64,000 bases of DNA from Candidatus Dormiibacterota bacterium (GCA_963718525.1 OY970355.1:96001-160000), one strand, 5' to 3'. Shown: positions 31,976-42,327, counted from the stretch's first letter. Notes: generated by a model not told the origin, from the letters alone. Numbers and translations: made by a program.

Positions 31976-32326
31976 GTGCTGATCCATGATCGGTACGGTT
32001 TCGTACTGACAGTCGTGGCTGCGCTTGGCGCAGTCGCAGCGATGGTCAGCCTCCTCCGCCCGCGAATCCTGCCGCTGGTACGTCTGTACCTCCGCGTCAC
32101 AGTCGCTGTGATCGCGATTCAGGTTGTGATTGGGCTCGTGCTCGTCGCCTCTGGAAACCGACCTCACCAACTCCTCCACTGGCTGTACGGAGCGGCAACT
32201 CTCGCCACGCTGCCGATCGCCATGGCGATCGGCAAGCGCCTTGGCGGCCGCGACGAGCTGATCTGGCTCGCCGGCGGTGCGGTGCTGACAGTGCTCTTCG
32301 CAGTCCGGGCGCTGGCGACCGGCTGA
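31976..32326 (+). CDS. Small four-TM membrane protein
   Basis: Hydrophobic ORF, LHWLYG motif, ends RALATG. Confidence 0.65.
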   Translation: MLIHDRYGFVLTVVAALGAVAAMVSLLRPRILPLVRLYLRVTVAVIAIQVVIGLVLVASGNRPHQLLHWLYGAATLATLPIAMAIGKRLGGRDELIWLAGGAVLTVLFAVRALATG

Positions 32327-32695
32327 CGTCACATCGAGGACCAACGGCACTGGCACGTCGTCCGACCGAACCCTGAACATTGACCATGGATGCTCACATC
32401 AGATGAGGTGACGATGACCGAAGGAATCGATGGGGCTGTGGCGCTGCCGCTCGACAGCCGCCGACCCTGTCCGTACTCCGAGGAGACCGTCACCGGCTGC
32501 CGCCACTACGCCCCGGTTTCCGTGCATGGTGGGTTCCCCGGTGCAGCTTGCTGTCACTGGGCGGTGAATCTGTCCACGCATGACTACATTCGTACTTTGA
32601 TGTGCCGTCGTCCTGTTTAGTACCAGCCGCACCCAGCACACGGCGGAGTTAGTCGCCACGTGTGCGATCGCGCTTTGAGCCGGCGCCAGATTGCG

Positions 32696-33817
32696 TTAAC
32701 CCGAGAGTCCGACGATTACCGAGGGTCGCTCCGCCTTCCAACCGGCACCCGTGAAGACCCAGAGAACGTTGAGCGTATTGGGGCGACCCGCGTTGCCGAT
32801 CATCACGACTCGGCCGATACGCGGGTCGGCGAGCAACCAGGCGCCGTGGTAGTCCGTGTCGACAGCGGGCGAGATGCCATCCACCTCCTTCCACACCGCG
32901 CCGCTCAGCGCCCACGTCGACCCCGCGCGTACGTCACCGCCGCCGATGTACATGAGCACGTCACCTGTTCGCGGATCGGCTGCCATCGACGCGGTGATCG
33001 GGTCGAAAGGCTCCACCTCATTCGCGGCCAGCGGCGACCACGTGGAACCGTCCCATGTCCACGTTTCTGCGCGGCTGTTCGCATTGCCCGTGAAGACCGC
33101 AATCACACGGTGATGCGCCGGGTCGGATACCACGATGGGGATCGATCCTTCGACTGGGAGCGCGGTGATGGGGGCGTCAAGGCGCCATGACGCTCCCGTC
33201 CATGTCCAGGTGTCGTCGCTCGTCAATTGTCCGCTGGCTGGTGCCGTGACCAGCACCAGCTCGTTGAGCGCCGGGAGCGCCGCCATTCCGACCAGGGTCT
33301 GTGAGGGATTCGGCACATCGCCGTGCTTCGTCCATGTCGAGCCGTCCCATGTCCACGTCTCGAGTTGCTGATAATTCGGTGGAACGCCACCGACCAGAAC
33401 GATGCTGCCCGTCGCAGGATCAGCAGTCATCCATCCGGCGTCGATGTCGGGGCTGGTGACCGGGTGGCGCAATAGCCAACCACTCGCGTCGAGGGTCCAC
33501 GTCTCGCGTGACGATGCCTGCGGACCACTCCCGAACCCGGTGCCACCATACATGAGGATATCGTTGTGCGCGGCGTCGAACGCCATCGCATCCAGTTCGC
33601 GCGGCGCCGGCAGTGGCGGGTCCAGTGTCACCGCCGGCGTCGGCCCCAGTGGCTCAGCTGTCGGCGTTGTGATGTGCGGCGTCGCGGGGAAGGACGGCTC
33701 GACCGGCGTGGAGGTGTGCAGCACGGCCCGGATGCCGTAGAACGCAGCCGGCCCGACGACGATGAGACCGAGCAGTCCCCACATGCGGCGTCGCGATGGG
33801 CCCATGAATCCCATCAT
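32696..33817 (-). CDS. Membrane-anchored Kelch-like beta-propeller protein
   Basis: Repeated ETWTWDGSTW units, N-terminal TM. Confidence 0.75.
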   Translation of the reverse strand: MMGFMGPSRRRMWGLLGLIVVGPAAFYGIRAVLHTSTPVEPSFPATPHITTPTAEPLGPTPAVTLDPPLPAPRELDAMAFDAAHNDILMYGGTGFGSGPQASSRETWTLDASGWLLRHPVTSPDIDAGWMTADPATGSIVLVGGVPPNYQQLETWTWDGSTWTKHGDVPNPSQTLVGMAALPALNELVLVTAPASGQLTSDDTWTWTGASWRLDAPITALPVEGSIPIVVSDPAHHRVIAVFTGNANSRAETWTWDGSTWSPLAANEVEPFDPITASMAADPRTGDVLMYIGGGDVRAGSTWALSGAVWKEVDGISPAVDTDYHGAWLLADPRIGRVVMIGNAGRPNTLNVLWVFTGAGWKAERPSVIVGLSG

Positions 33818-33874
33818 CCGAGGATTGCGACCTGTGAAGGGCTTGGCAGCGCATCGGCAGCCAACGCTGCGTCC

Positions 33875-34492
33875 TCAGGCCTTGACCGCTCGACCCTCGA
33901 ATGTGTAGCCGAAGGCCTTGGGCTCGCCCTCGAAGTAGTAGGTGTCGAGGTGTTCAATGGCGAATCCGGCGTCGCTGATCATCTGCGGGATGTCGCGCGT
34001 GAGGTGGCACCCACCGGCCAGCCGCCTGTTGATCGGTTCGAGGCGCACCTGCCAGCGCGCCACCTTTGGATCCGGGGCATGGCCATGCTCGATGAAGTGG
34101 AACGAGCCGCCCGCCTTCAAAACGCGGTGCATCTCGCCAAGGGCGGCCGCGACGTCGGGGATCGTGCAGAGCGTCCACGTCGAGAGCACACCGTCGAACT
34201 GATCGGAGGGCAGGTCCAGGTGCTCCCCGTCGCCACCGGCGAGCTCGATCCGAGCTGAGGACTTGGCGATCCGTGGCTCGGCGAGCCGCATGCACGCAGC
34301 CGACGGCTCAACGGCGAACACCCTGACGACCTCGGGTGGGTAGTGGAGAGCGTTGAGCCCGGTACCGAAGCCGACTTCAACGACATCGCCGCTCAGGCCG
34401 GCACAGGCGCGGGCTCTGGGCTCCAGGGTCGACTTTCGAGCCATCGCCCGGTCCTGGAATCGCGGCAGTATTCGGTCCTGGTAGAAGCCCAA
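33875..34492 (-). CDS. Class I SAM-dependent methyltransferase
   Basis: VVEVGFGTG, TWTLCTIPD, FIEHG, GGCHLTRD. Confidence 0.9.
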   Translation of the reverse strand: MGFYQDRILPRFQDRAMARKSTLEPRARACAGLSGDVVEVGFGTGLNALHYPPEVVRVFAVEPSAACMRLAEPRIAKSSARIELAGGDGEHLDLPSDQFDGVLSTWTLCTIPDVAAALGEMHRVLKAGGSFHFIEHGHAPDPKVARWQVRLEPINRRLAGGCHLTRDIPQMISDAGFAIEHLDTYYFEGEPKAFGYTFEGRAVKA

Positions 34493-34544
34493 CGACTACC
34501 TCCTGTCGCGGCCGTGCCCGAGTTTGCGCGCAAACGTCGTCAGG

Positions 34545-34980
34545 TCACGCTCGAGTCGCTGCAGCGGCCTCGCGCTCGTCAAGGAACTCCCACCAGGCAT
34601 CCGCGGCTGATCGAGCGGCTCCGATCACGCGGATCGCCGACGTTTCCATCGCCGTCAGCGCTTCCATCCCCCAGCGGGCGTGGTCGGTGTCCATCGTGGC
34701 GTGGAGATCCCAGAAGCGCGTTCCCTCTGCATCGATGCCGTAGTTGCGTCGCAGGCCGTCCGCCTTCGACGCCGCGATCAACGGGGCCTGCATCTCGTAC
34801 GCGACGACTGCCGCCAGTCCCTCGCTCGCACTCGATTCGACGATCTTCCTGTACGTGCTCAGCAGATGGCTCGTGGCCGTACTCGGCGGCGAGACACCGG
34901 CGACGGTAAAAGGGGTGCCGGAGGAGTTGCCGGTCGGCAAGAGCGACCGTGAGCTGGGCCTGGAGTTCATCCGGCGTCAT
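34545..34980 (-). pseudogene. CADD/PqqC-like heme-oxygenase-fold iron enzyme with internal deletion and frameshift
   Basis: N-terminus LLRHPFYRR in one frame; C-terminus AYEMQAP..SKADGLRRNYG..FWDLHATMDTDH in another; middle missing. Confidence 0.65.
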
Positions 34981-35159
34981 GAGAGTCTCCCGTTTGGACG
35001 GATTCACGCCGAGCAAGAATACGCCGCCCACGAGCGGTCGCCGAACCTGCACCGTGCAACTCACCCGAGTCCTCACCGCCCTCCCGGCGTCGCGCGCGAG
35101 GGATCGGAACGTAACGAAACCGTGCTGACCCTCCGGCACGTCGCTTGTACCATCGATCA

Positions 35160-36779
35160 ATGATCGCGACCCCCCGCGAGTGGCGGGTCCGGACGCCGGC
35201 AGCGGTTCACGCTCAGGCGTCCCCCAAGCGGTGGTGGCTCGACCTCGGCATTGTCGTTCCGGTCCTGGCTGGCCTTGCATATGTCGCGGTGCTCGTGATC
35301 CGTCTCACGAGCACCCTCTCATCCTTCTATTGGTACAGCGATTTTCCAGAGGCGCTCCGGCTGGGCGACGCGGTCTTCCACCATGGCTACGGTCAGGGGC
35401 TCGCGGTACCGGCACAGACTGGTATCGGACCGCTGTGGGTGGTCGGCATGCTCGATCAGGTGACCGGCAACGACATTGTTGGGATGACCGTCGGAGCGCT
35501 GATGGTTGTGCTCGCGGTAGGCGTCATGGCGTGGACGGCATATCGAGTGATCGGTCGCCTCGGTGCGGTGGTGGTCGGCGTGGTCTGCGTTGCCGCGCCG
35601 CCGGTTGTGGCGTGGGAGATGCTGACCCCGGTCGCCCACGAGAGCACCGTGCTTCTGGCAGGGGTTGCCGCGTGGCAGCTCGTGTCACTTTCACAACCGG
35701 CTCGCGGCCGCGCGATTGCATCGTCCGCGCTTGTGGGTGCAGTCGCGGGCGTGAGCGTGATCTCCGACGCCCTGGCCATACCTGCAGCCGTGGCACCTTG
35801 GATCATCTGTGCGATCGTGCTCGTACGCCGCGACCACTCTCGACTTCTGCCGATTGCCATCACCGCCATAACTGGGGTCGCTTCGGCGGCATCGGTTGTG
35901 CTCCTGTCCAGTGCATCGGGGATCGCGGCGCGAGGAGGAGTCGGGCTCGCGCCGTCGATGGACGGCGTCACTGCCGGGCTGCATTCCGTTGCGACAACTC
36001 TGGGGCAAATGATCAGCGGCGCCTGGTACACCGCGACGGTCCCGGCTCTCGCGCTCGTCGGATTTCTTTTCTTCACGGCCGTGATTTTCATGGCAACTCG
36101 AGCTGCGCGACGGCATGTCAGCGACTCGGTCCGAGGGCGGGACGTGTATGCGTGGTTCTGGCTGTTGGTCTGTGCTGCGCTGATCGCCGCTTACTGCCTT
36201 TCAGGTCTCGGCCCTCAACGCAGTCCGGTCGCCTACCAAGGGCACTACGTCGACGAGCTGTGGTTCGCGATCGCAGCGCTGATGCCGCTCGGGTTCCTAT
36301 GGATTGGACGCGTTCCGCGTATTCTCGTCGTTGCATGCGCCGCGTCACTCGCGGTGGTGAGCACCGTCGGCGTCGCCACTGCCCCGTCATTTCTGCTCAA
36401 CGGCCCCGACTATGTGGACACAGCTCGACTCACATCGACGCTCGAGTCGGTTGGGACCACGCGCGGCTACGGCGGATACTGGGAGTCGTATGCGGTGGGG
36501 TGGCACACTGACAACCGAATCACGGCTCTGCCGCTGCAACAGTGCGCGTCCGGACTCTGCCGCTATGCCTTCGCCGCGCCGGCGTGGTATCAGCGCCAAC
36601 CCGGACCTGTATTCGTGATCGTACAGGTCAGCGGCTGCAGCCATGACCCGCTCTGCATCGACGCCGCCAACCTCGAGGGACTTCCGCCGCCCGAATCGGT
36701 CCATGCTGTCGGTCCACTGCGGGTCTACGTCTACCCTCACGACGTGTTCGCCGGCCTACCTTCGGCTCCAAGCCTCTAG
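35160..36779 (+). CDS. Polytopic membrane protein (GT-C-like), function unknown
   Basis: Many TMs, GYGGYW motif in C-terminal soluble domain. Confidence 0.65.
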   Translation: MIATPREWRVRTPAAVHAQASPKRWWLDLGIVVPVLAGLAYVAVLVIRLTSTLSSFYWYSDFPEALRLGDAVFHHGYGQGLAVPAQTGIGPLWVVGMLDQVTGNDIVGMTVGALMVVLAVGVMAWTAYRVIGRLGAVVVGVVCVAAPPVVAWEMLTPVAHESTVLLAGVAAWQLVSLSQPARGRAIASSALVGAVAGVSVISDALAIPAAVAPWIICAIVLVRRDHSRLLPIAITAITGVASAASVVLLSSASGIAARGGVGLAPSMDGVTAGLHSVATTLGQMISGAWYTATVPALALVGFLFFTAVIFMATRAARRHVSDSVRGRDVYAWFWLLVCAALIAAYCLSGLGPQRSPVAYQGHYVDELWFAIAALMPLGFLWIGRVPRILVVACAASLAVVSTVGVATAPSFLLNGPDYVDTARLTSTLESVGTTRGYGGYWESYAVGWHTDNRITALPLQQCASGLCRYAFAAPAWYQRQPGPVFVIVQVSGCSHDPLCIDAANLEGLPPPESVHAVGPLRVYVYPHDVFAGLPSAPSL

Positions 36780-36857
36780 ACAACACTCCTGACCTCCACG
36801 TTGCGAACGGGCCGCGCCTTCAGTCATATATGGATCCATGCGGATCGCCCAACGACG

Positions 36858-37877
36858 TTGACCAGCCGCCACGACGCCATCGCAGCTCTGGAGCGCATTG
36901 CGTACCTTCTCGAACGCGAGCTCGAACCGTCGTTCCGCGTGCGTGCCTTTCGCAATGCGGCCGCCGTCGTTCGTGCGCTTCCCGATGAGGAGCTCGAAGA
37001 GCGGAGTAGGCGCGGAACACTGCACAGTCTCGCGGGGATCGGGCCGGTCACCGCTCGCGTCATCGAGGAGGCGCTTGCAGGGGCCACACCGGCCTACCTG
37101 CTGCGCCTCGAAACGGAGTCTCCGGCCATTGCGGAGGAGGCGTTGGCGCTGCGCCGGACACTGCGCGGTGACTGCCACGTCCACTCGGACTGGTCGGACG
37201 GCGGCAGCCCCATCGAAGAGATGGCTCGGACGGCGATCGCCCTTGGTCACGAGTACATCGTCCTCACCGATCACTCACCGCGCCTCACGGTGGCGCGCGG
37301 GTTGAGCGCCGAGCAACTCCTGGAGCAACTCGACATGGTGCGCGGCATCAACGAACGGCTCGCGCCGTTTCGGATCCTGACCGGCATCGAGGTCGACATC
37401 CTCGAAGACGGCTCGCTCGACCAGGAATCGGACCTCCTCGCGCAGCTGGACGTTGTGGTGGCGAGCGTGCACTCGAAGCTCCGGATGCCGCAGGCGGAGA
37501 TGACACCGCGGATGCTCGCCGCCATCCGCAACCCGCACATGGACATCCTCGGTCACTGTACCGGGCGGATCGTCGTCGGCCGGGGACGACCCGAGTCGGA
37601 GTTCGACGCGGATGCCGTCTTCGCGGAGTGCCGCGAGCATCAGGTCGCGGTTGAGATCAACTCACGTCCGGAGCGGCTCGATCCCCCAATGCGCTTGCTG
37701 AGGCTCGCGGTCGAGACCGGGTGCCGGCTCTCAGTCGACACCGACGCGCACGCGCCGGGGCAGCTCGAGTGGCAGCTGCGCGGCTGCGAACGCGCTGCCG
37801 CGTGCGGTGTTTCAGCCGACATGGTCATCAACACCATGACGGCGAGCGAGCTCGTCGCGTGGACGATGACGAAGTAG
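36858..37877 (+). CDS. PHP domain protein with PolX-like N-terminal HhH domain
   Basis: GIGPVT HhH; DCHVHSDWSDG, TDHS, DTDAH. Confidence 0.9.
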   Translation: MTSRHDAIAALERIAYLLERELEPSFRVRAFRNAAAVVRALPDEELEERSRRGTLHSLAGIGPVTARVIEEALAGATPAYLLRLETESPAIAEEALALRRTLRGDCHVHSDWSDGGSPIEEMARTAIALGHEYIVLTDHSPRLTVARGLSAEQLLEQLDMVRGINERLAPFRILTGIEVDILEDGSLDQESDLLAQLDVVVASVHSKLRMPQAEMTPRMLAAIRNPHMDILGHCTGRIVVGRGRPESEFDADAVFAECREHQVAVEINSRPERLDPPMRLLRLAVETGCRLSVDTDAHAPGQLEWQLRGCERAAACGVSADMVINTMTASELVAWTMTK

Positions 37878-37911
37878 ATCAACCCCACATGGGGCGCCTG
37901 AAGGCAGGGCG

Positions 37912-38154
37912 CTAAGCCGGAGTTCCTTGCGCGAGCCAGCGTCGGAAGACATCGACACGATCCGCCGGCCAAGGACCGTCGCAAGGCATCTCGCCTTCCT
38001 CGAGCCGGGCGAGGATCGCGGGTGCGTGCTCAATGACGTCGTCTAATGACCACAAGTCGAAGTGGGACCGCATCGAGGCGCGATCCCTCTCACGAAAGAG
38101 AGGCCTGACATTAGCGGCGAAACTCACCGGATCACCGTTGCCATCTGAGGACAT
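37912..38154 (-). CDS. Small conserved hypothetical protein
   Basis: SFAANVRPLFRERD...MPCDGPWP; GGGAGG RBS. Confidence 0.75.
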   Translation of the reverse strand: MSSDGNGDPVSFAANVRPLFRERDRASMRSHFDLWSLDDVIEHAPAILARLEEGEMPCDGPWPADRVDVFRRWLAQGTPA

Positions 38155-38247
38155 CGTTGGCCTCCCGTTCCCCGTGATGTTGACGTGAAGCACTGGACCC
38201 CACGGATGCGGCCATTATGCTGGGGTCGCACCAGCGATAGCCCCTAG

Positions 38248-38277
38248 CTCACGGGACACCTGCCCGAGGCGCACGTG
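38248..38277 (+). repeat. Degenerate array site (7-nt spacer)
   Basis: CTCACGGGACAC-CTGCCCG-AGGCGCACGTG. Confidence 0.4.
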
Positions 38278-38317
38278 CTTGCTTGGATCGCGGCCTCAGA
38301 CCTCGGTGTCGTGGGGC

Positions 38318-38341
38318 CTCTGGGGACATCACCCTCGCCTG
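38318..38341 (+). repeat. Array site with 5-nt spacer deletion
   Basis: CTCTGGGGACAT-C-ACCCTCGCCTG. Confidence 0.65.
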
Positions 38342-38603
38342 GGCCGGCGTCTTCTCCCAGCGCGCTTCAGAGCCCGATCCAACCTGCGCCGCCGAAGACG
38401 TAGCTCAGGAGAAGGACTACCGCGATAAAACCGAGCGGCACGGCCACAACCACCAGCCAGAACACGCGATGGCGAGCTCGACGCACGTCATGATCGGTGG
38501 GGAAGGCCACGAGGCAATGGTAGACGCCGACGTCCGCGTTGCAAGCGCGTCAGGGGTGATTGACGGACCCTGGCCTGACCTGCCCACCCCTTCCTCGGCA
38601 ATC

Positions 38604-39122
38604 TCAGGGCGCGGTCGTCACGCTCACGTTCTGGATCGAAACGCCCCACCGATCGAAGATCGGCGTGATGAGTTCACTAACGGAGCTGGCGATACGCTCC
38701 GAATCGGTCGAGCCAGCGCCCGGCGTAGCTGCCCTCACAGCAACCCGAAGCTGCTGAATGATCGCAGTAGGTAAATCTGCAACTGCCATGGCAGCAACGC
38801 GTGGATCCTCCGCCTTGCGGCTTGCCCGCACCCAGTACGTCGGTTCCGCTTCCGGTGCACTCGACACTGGCCAGTCACCCGTGTCGATCTCCGCAGGCAC
38901 GACTGCCAGGCGACCATTTGGGAGGAAGTGCCACCCGGGAGATAGAACCGCTTTTGCCGACGGCGTGATCGAACGGTGATCGGGAACGACGCCGAACCAC
39001 CCGGTCGGAACATGGCGGACCGACCATCGAAAACTCGCTTGTCTTCTTATGTCGCGAGGCGACCGCAGGCGCAGCGGAGGATGCTGAGCACGAGGTTGCT
39101 GCGGTTCAGGGGTATCGCCCAT
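38604..39122 (-). CDS. Hypothetical protein (cassette)
   Basis: ORF lying between sites 38318 and 39156. Confidence 0.5.
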   Translation of the reverse strand: MGDTPEPQQPRAQHPPLRLRSPRDIRRQASFRWSVRHVPTGWFGVVPDHRSITPSAKAVLSPGWHFLPNGRLAVVPAEIDTGDWPVSSAPEAEPTYWVRASRKAEDPRVAAMAVADLPTAIIQQLRVAVRAATPGAGSTDSERIASSVSELITPIFDRWGVSIQNVSVTTAP

Positions 39123-39155
39123 GCCGCGATGATGCATCAAGGAACAGAGATCTGC

Positions 39156-39184
39156 TCCAAGATACATTGCCGGATGCTGGCCTG
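39156..39184 (+). repeat. 29-bp array site
   Basis: TCCAAGATACAT-TGCCGG-ATGCTGGCCTG. Confidence 0.9.
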
Positions 39185-39434
39185 TTCTGGTACGCCATCG
39201 CTTGACCGCTTATGTCTTCAGGTCAACCTCCGGCGTTCACCCCGGCGCCAAGTTGGGCAGCGTCTTCGAAATCCAGTCACACGGCGCAGCCGGTCCATCA
39301 TCAGCCTGCTCGCCAATGGATTAACAGCAACGATATGCTTGACGCACCGGCCTAGGAACTCGGTGGGTGGAGCTTCTAGCAATCCGCGCCGCGCTAAAGC
39401 CGGAATTGCTCCGGAATGGGGAGTTGACCGAGAC

Positions 39435-39635
39435 CTAGTGCGTCAAGAAGCTTTCGGCCCGCTTCTTACGCCGGTGCTCGTCTAAGAAGGATAGGGGCGC
39501 TGCAATCGCGAGGCATATCCCCCCGCCAAGGAAGAGAGACCGTATCGGTTCCAAATTCCCAAAGATAACCAGCACGAGAACCGCTACGCCGAACGCACCT
39601 GCCAGTACGGACAACCCCCGGGCTATGGCTCGCAT
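39435..39635 (-). CDS. Small two-TM protein (cassette)
   Basis: 66 aa, two hydrophobic helices, basic tail. Confidence 0.55.
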   Translation of the reverse strand: MRAIARGLSVLAGAFGVAVLVLVIFGNLEPIRSLFLGGGICLAIAAPLSFLDEHRRKKRAESFLTH

Positions 39636-39958
39636 TCACACATCGTAGTCATTGGATCGTCCCCACGTCCACAGTTGTCCCTCGAACGGTGCGTCAGACC
39701 GGGGGCAAGGCTGGCGGCGCGGGAGGCGGTAGTGGTGGCGGCGGCGGGTTCGGCTTGCGCGTCGTGGCAATGGCGATCACTACCCCTACGATCGCCACGA
39801 CCACGATCACAAGCAGCAAGAAGAGGACGTAGTTCGGGGTTACTAAGGTGATCTCCGGATCCTAACCTACCGTTCCGACAACATAGGCAGGGTCATCGTA
39901 CGTAGCTACGTTACTGGCCTTCCGCTTCTCTCCATCGATGTGGACCCGACGGCATGCC

Positions 39959-39987
39959 CTCTGGGTACATTTGCCGATGCTCGCCTG
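39959..39987 (+). repeat. 29-bp array site
   Basis: CTCTGGGTACAT-TTGCCG-ATGCTCGCCTG. Confidence 0.9.
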
Positions 39988-40080
39988 CGGAACCTTTGCC
40001 TCCTTAAGCGTCTCCGAGTGGGCCAGGGCATTTACGGCGCCGAGTTGGTTGGTACTACCGTCGACCTGCCGCCCGCGCCC

Positions 40081-40521
40081 TTAAGTGTTGGACACCGGGC
40101 GAGGCGGGAGCGGAACCGTCGCTCCGTAGCTGCCGTCGACGATGGTGACATTCACTTGCTCGCTGGCATCGAGCGCTGTAGGGACCTGAATGATGGTCGT
40201 GGTCGCGGCTAGGTCGGCTGGACAGGCGGCGCCGTCGGGCGGGAGGTCGGTGGTCACCGTCACCGTGAGCGCGTCGTTCCCGGACACTTTGAGTCCACTT
40301 GGAAGGCCCGGGCACCCCGAGCTACCCCAAGTCAGCACCGCCATCTGGCCGGCTGTCACCCATAGGGCATTGTCGCGAACTCGCTCAGGAGACAACGTCA
40401 CGCCGGGTGGCAGACCGAGGTAGTGGCGCACCAGCCACGGAGGACTGGTTTCAGCACCGCAGGCGCCGGCGACAATTATCAGAACCGTCCCGGCTAGGAC
40501 GGACAAGAAACGCGGATTCAC
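40081..40521 (-). CDS. Putative lipoprotein (cassette)
   Basis: Lipobox VAGAC; TWGSSGCP and ACPADL motifs. Confidence 0.7.
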   Translation of the reverse strand: MNPRFLSVLAGTVLIIVAGACGAETSPPWLVRHYLGLPPGVTLSPERVRDNALWVTAGQMAVLTWGSSGCPGLPSGLKVSGNDALTVTVTTDLPPDGAACPADLAATTTIIQVPTALDASEQVNVTIVDGSYGATVPLPPRPVSNT

Positions 40522-40660
40522 GTGTGTAACGTATGCGAGACCAACCCATCGGCGAGGTTCAGGCGAGTGGATGACCCGTTGGCGAGCTAACTATGACTGC
40601 TATCGACCCCACGAAAGTGAGGTTGCGTAGCCCGGAACCTTCCAGGTTCGGCCTGCGCAG

Positions 40661-40689
40661 CTCAAGGTACATTTGCGGACACTGGCCTG
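40661..40689 (+). repeat. 29-bp array site
   Basis: CTCAAGGTACAT-TTGCGG-ACACTGGCCTG. Confidence 0.92.
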
Positions 40690-40701
40690 AGGAGGACCCG
40701 C

Positions 40702-41055
40702 CTATCCGGCCTTACGCCGAAGGCCTGCTGGAATCGCTGTCCAGACCGCTTCCCGATCGCGCTTGCGGCAGACGAAGGTGAGTTGCCGCGGCCGAGCAAA
40801 GAGCCAAGTCCATGGACCCCACCGGTGATGCCCTTTCACCCGCGCGCCGAAGCGAAACCGAATTCCACCACGGAAGGAATCGACTGAGCGGACCTGCGCC
40901 CAATCGAAGGGGAAGGTCGGAAGGAAGATGCTCAGGATGACAGCGGATGGTCCGATGGTCCAGCCCGTTTCGCTGAGACTCAGCCTTACCAGTGGCCATG
41001 TTGCGGTGCGACCCCACGTGGCGCGAATGCCGCCCACGAACGATTGGCTGCTCAT
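40702..41055 (-). CDS. Hypothetical protein (cassette)
   Basis: MSSQSFVGGIR...ATWPLVRL; fits between sites 40661 and 41097. Confidence 0.6.
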   Translation of the reverse strand: MSSQSFVGGIRATWGRTATWPLVRLSLSETGWTIGPSAVILSIFLPTFPFDWAQVRSVDSFRGGIRFRFGARVKGHHRWGPWTWLFARPRQLTFVCRKRDREAVWTAIPAGLRRKAG

Positions 41056-41096
41056 CGTCGTCCATTCTCCAGCGCCTTCGGGCCGCAGAGATCGCA

Positions 41097-41125
41097 ATCC
41101 GGCGACATTGGCGGATGCTGGCGTG
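41097..41125 (+). repeat. 29-bp array site
   Basis: ATCCGGCGACAT-TGGCGG-ATGCTGGCGTG. Confidence 0.9.
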
Positions 41126-41233
41126 ACCGAACGCCGCGTGTTCGGGAGTGGCGCTCCGCCAGCTCTCGCCACCCCTTCTTCCGCCGCGTCGATGGTTCGC
41201 TGTCCCCACGAGCCTATCGACCCATCGCTTCGC

Positions 41234-41410
41234 CTAGGTGCCTTGGTCACCGTTCCCAGGCGACAACATCCTGACGAGGAAAACGGCGCTCACTGCAAAT
41301 GATCCTATGGCCCATAGCACCCAGTTCTCTGGCTGCGCATAAATGAACGTGAACCCAGCTACAGCCGCGATGGTGCACGCCAGCCAAGGGTACTGACCAA
41401 CCCACCACAT
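41234..41410 (-). CDS. Small two-TM protein
   Basis: MWWVGQYPWLACTIAAVAGFTFIYAQPENWVLWAIG... Confidence 0.5.
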   Translation of the reverse strand: MWWVGQYPWLACTIAAVAGFTFIYAQPENWVLWAIGSFAVSAVFLVRMLSPGNGDQGT

Positions 41411-41634
41411 GACCAATTTCTCCGTTACTGGAGCCCGGTGGTTCCGCTCTTGCGCCTCCGAGCCTGGTAGGACGAAAGGAACCCCCACGCGCTCAGGACG
41501 AATGCTCCCACCATCCATGCGATCCAATTCGGGGGTTGCGTGTGTATGCGAACGCGCACCCGCCCAAGAAGGCGATGATCGCCATGAGGCCGGGGGTTTT
41601 ATACGCGAGGAACCACATAGAGAACTCCCCGCGC

Positions 41635-42327
41635 CTACGGGCAGGACTTCGGCTTCGTGATTGCTCCCGCCGCGCCCCATTCTGTGAAAGAGACGGTACT
41701 CGCAGAGACAGTACTGGTGGCATAGCGCATATAGCGAATCGGCAATCTCTGGCCGATCGGTACATCCAGCTCGCGACCTACACCCTTGAACACATTCACG
41801 TCTACGCCATTCACCTTGGATGTCCCTTGGAGTGTCATGCTTGGGGCGGCAGCGGAGATCACATTCGCGAGGCCACCCGGGCTGAACGAAGCATTGAGCT
41901 CACTCGCCGACAAACCCACCTGCTTCTGCATCGTCGATGGAAATGCGATACAGACGTTCGGCCGAATATGAAAGGGAGTGGCGAATCCGGCGTCGGGGAT
42001 TGCGTCGAACGTCGGAGCGGTGAGCCCTCCGTCGCTGGTAACGCCCAGGCGGGCGTAGATCTGGACTGAGCCGTCGCCGGTGATCGTGATCTTTCCTGCG
42101 ACCGCTCCCGATGTGTCGGTGCTAATGTCGCCAATTGCCCCGGTCCCGACGTTTGCGATCACATGCACGGACATCGCTGCGCTCATGGCGAGGATCACCT
42201 GGGCATATGTTGGTGGCGTTGTGCTTACGACCTGGGCCGGGTGGGACGCGGTTGACCCACACGCTGATGCTGCCACCGTGACGGCAGCGACGGCGAACCC
42301 ACGCCGTAGCACGGCCCTTCTTGCCAT
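41635..42327 (-). CDS. Putative lipoprotein (cassette)
   Basis: Lipobox AASAC; ends SFTEWGAAGAITKP. Confidence 0.7.
   Translation of the reverse strand: MARRAVLRRGFAVAAVTVAASACGSTASHPAQVVSTTPPTYAQVILAMSAAMSVHVIANVGTGAIGDISTDTSGAVAGKITITGDGSVQIYARLGVTSDGGLTAPTFDAIPDAGFATPFHIRPNVCIAFPSTMQKQVGLSASELNASFSPGGLANVISAAAPSMTLQGTSKVNGVDVNVFKGVGRELDVPIGQRLPIRYMRYATSTVSASTVSFTEWGAAGAITKPKSCP

Noticed and set aside
39694-39850. Possible TM plus poly-Pro micro-ORF on the minus strand
   Set aside because: No convincing start codon with RBS, so it was not called.
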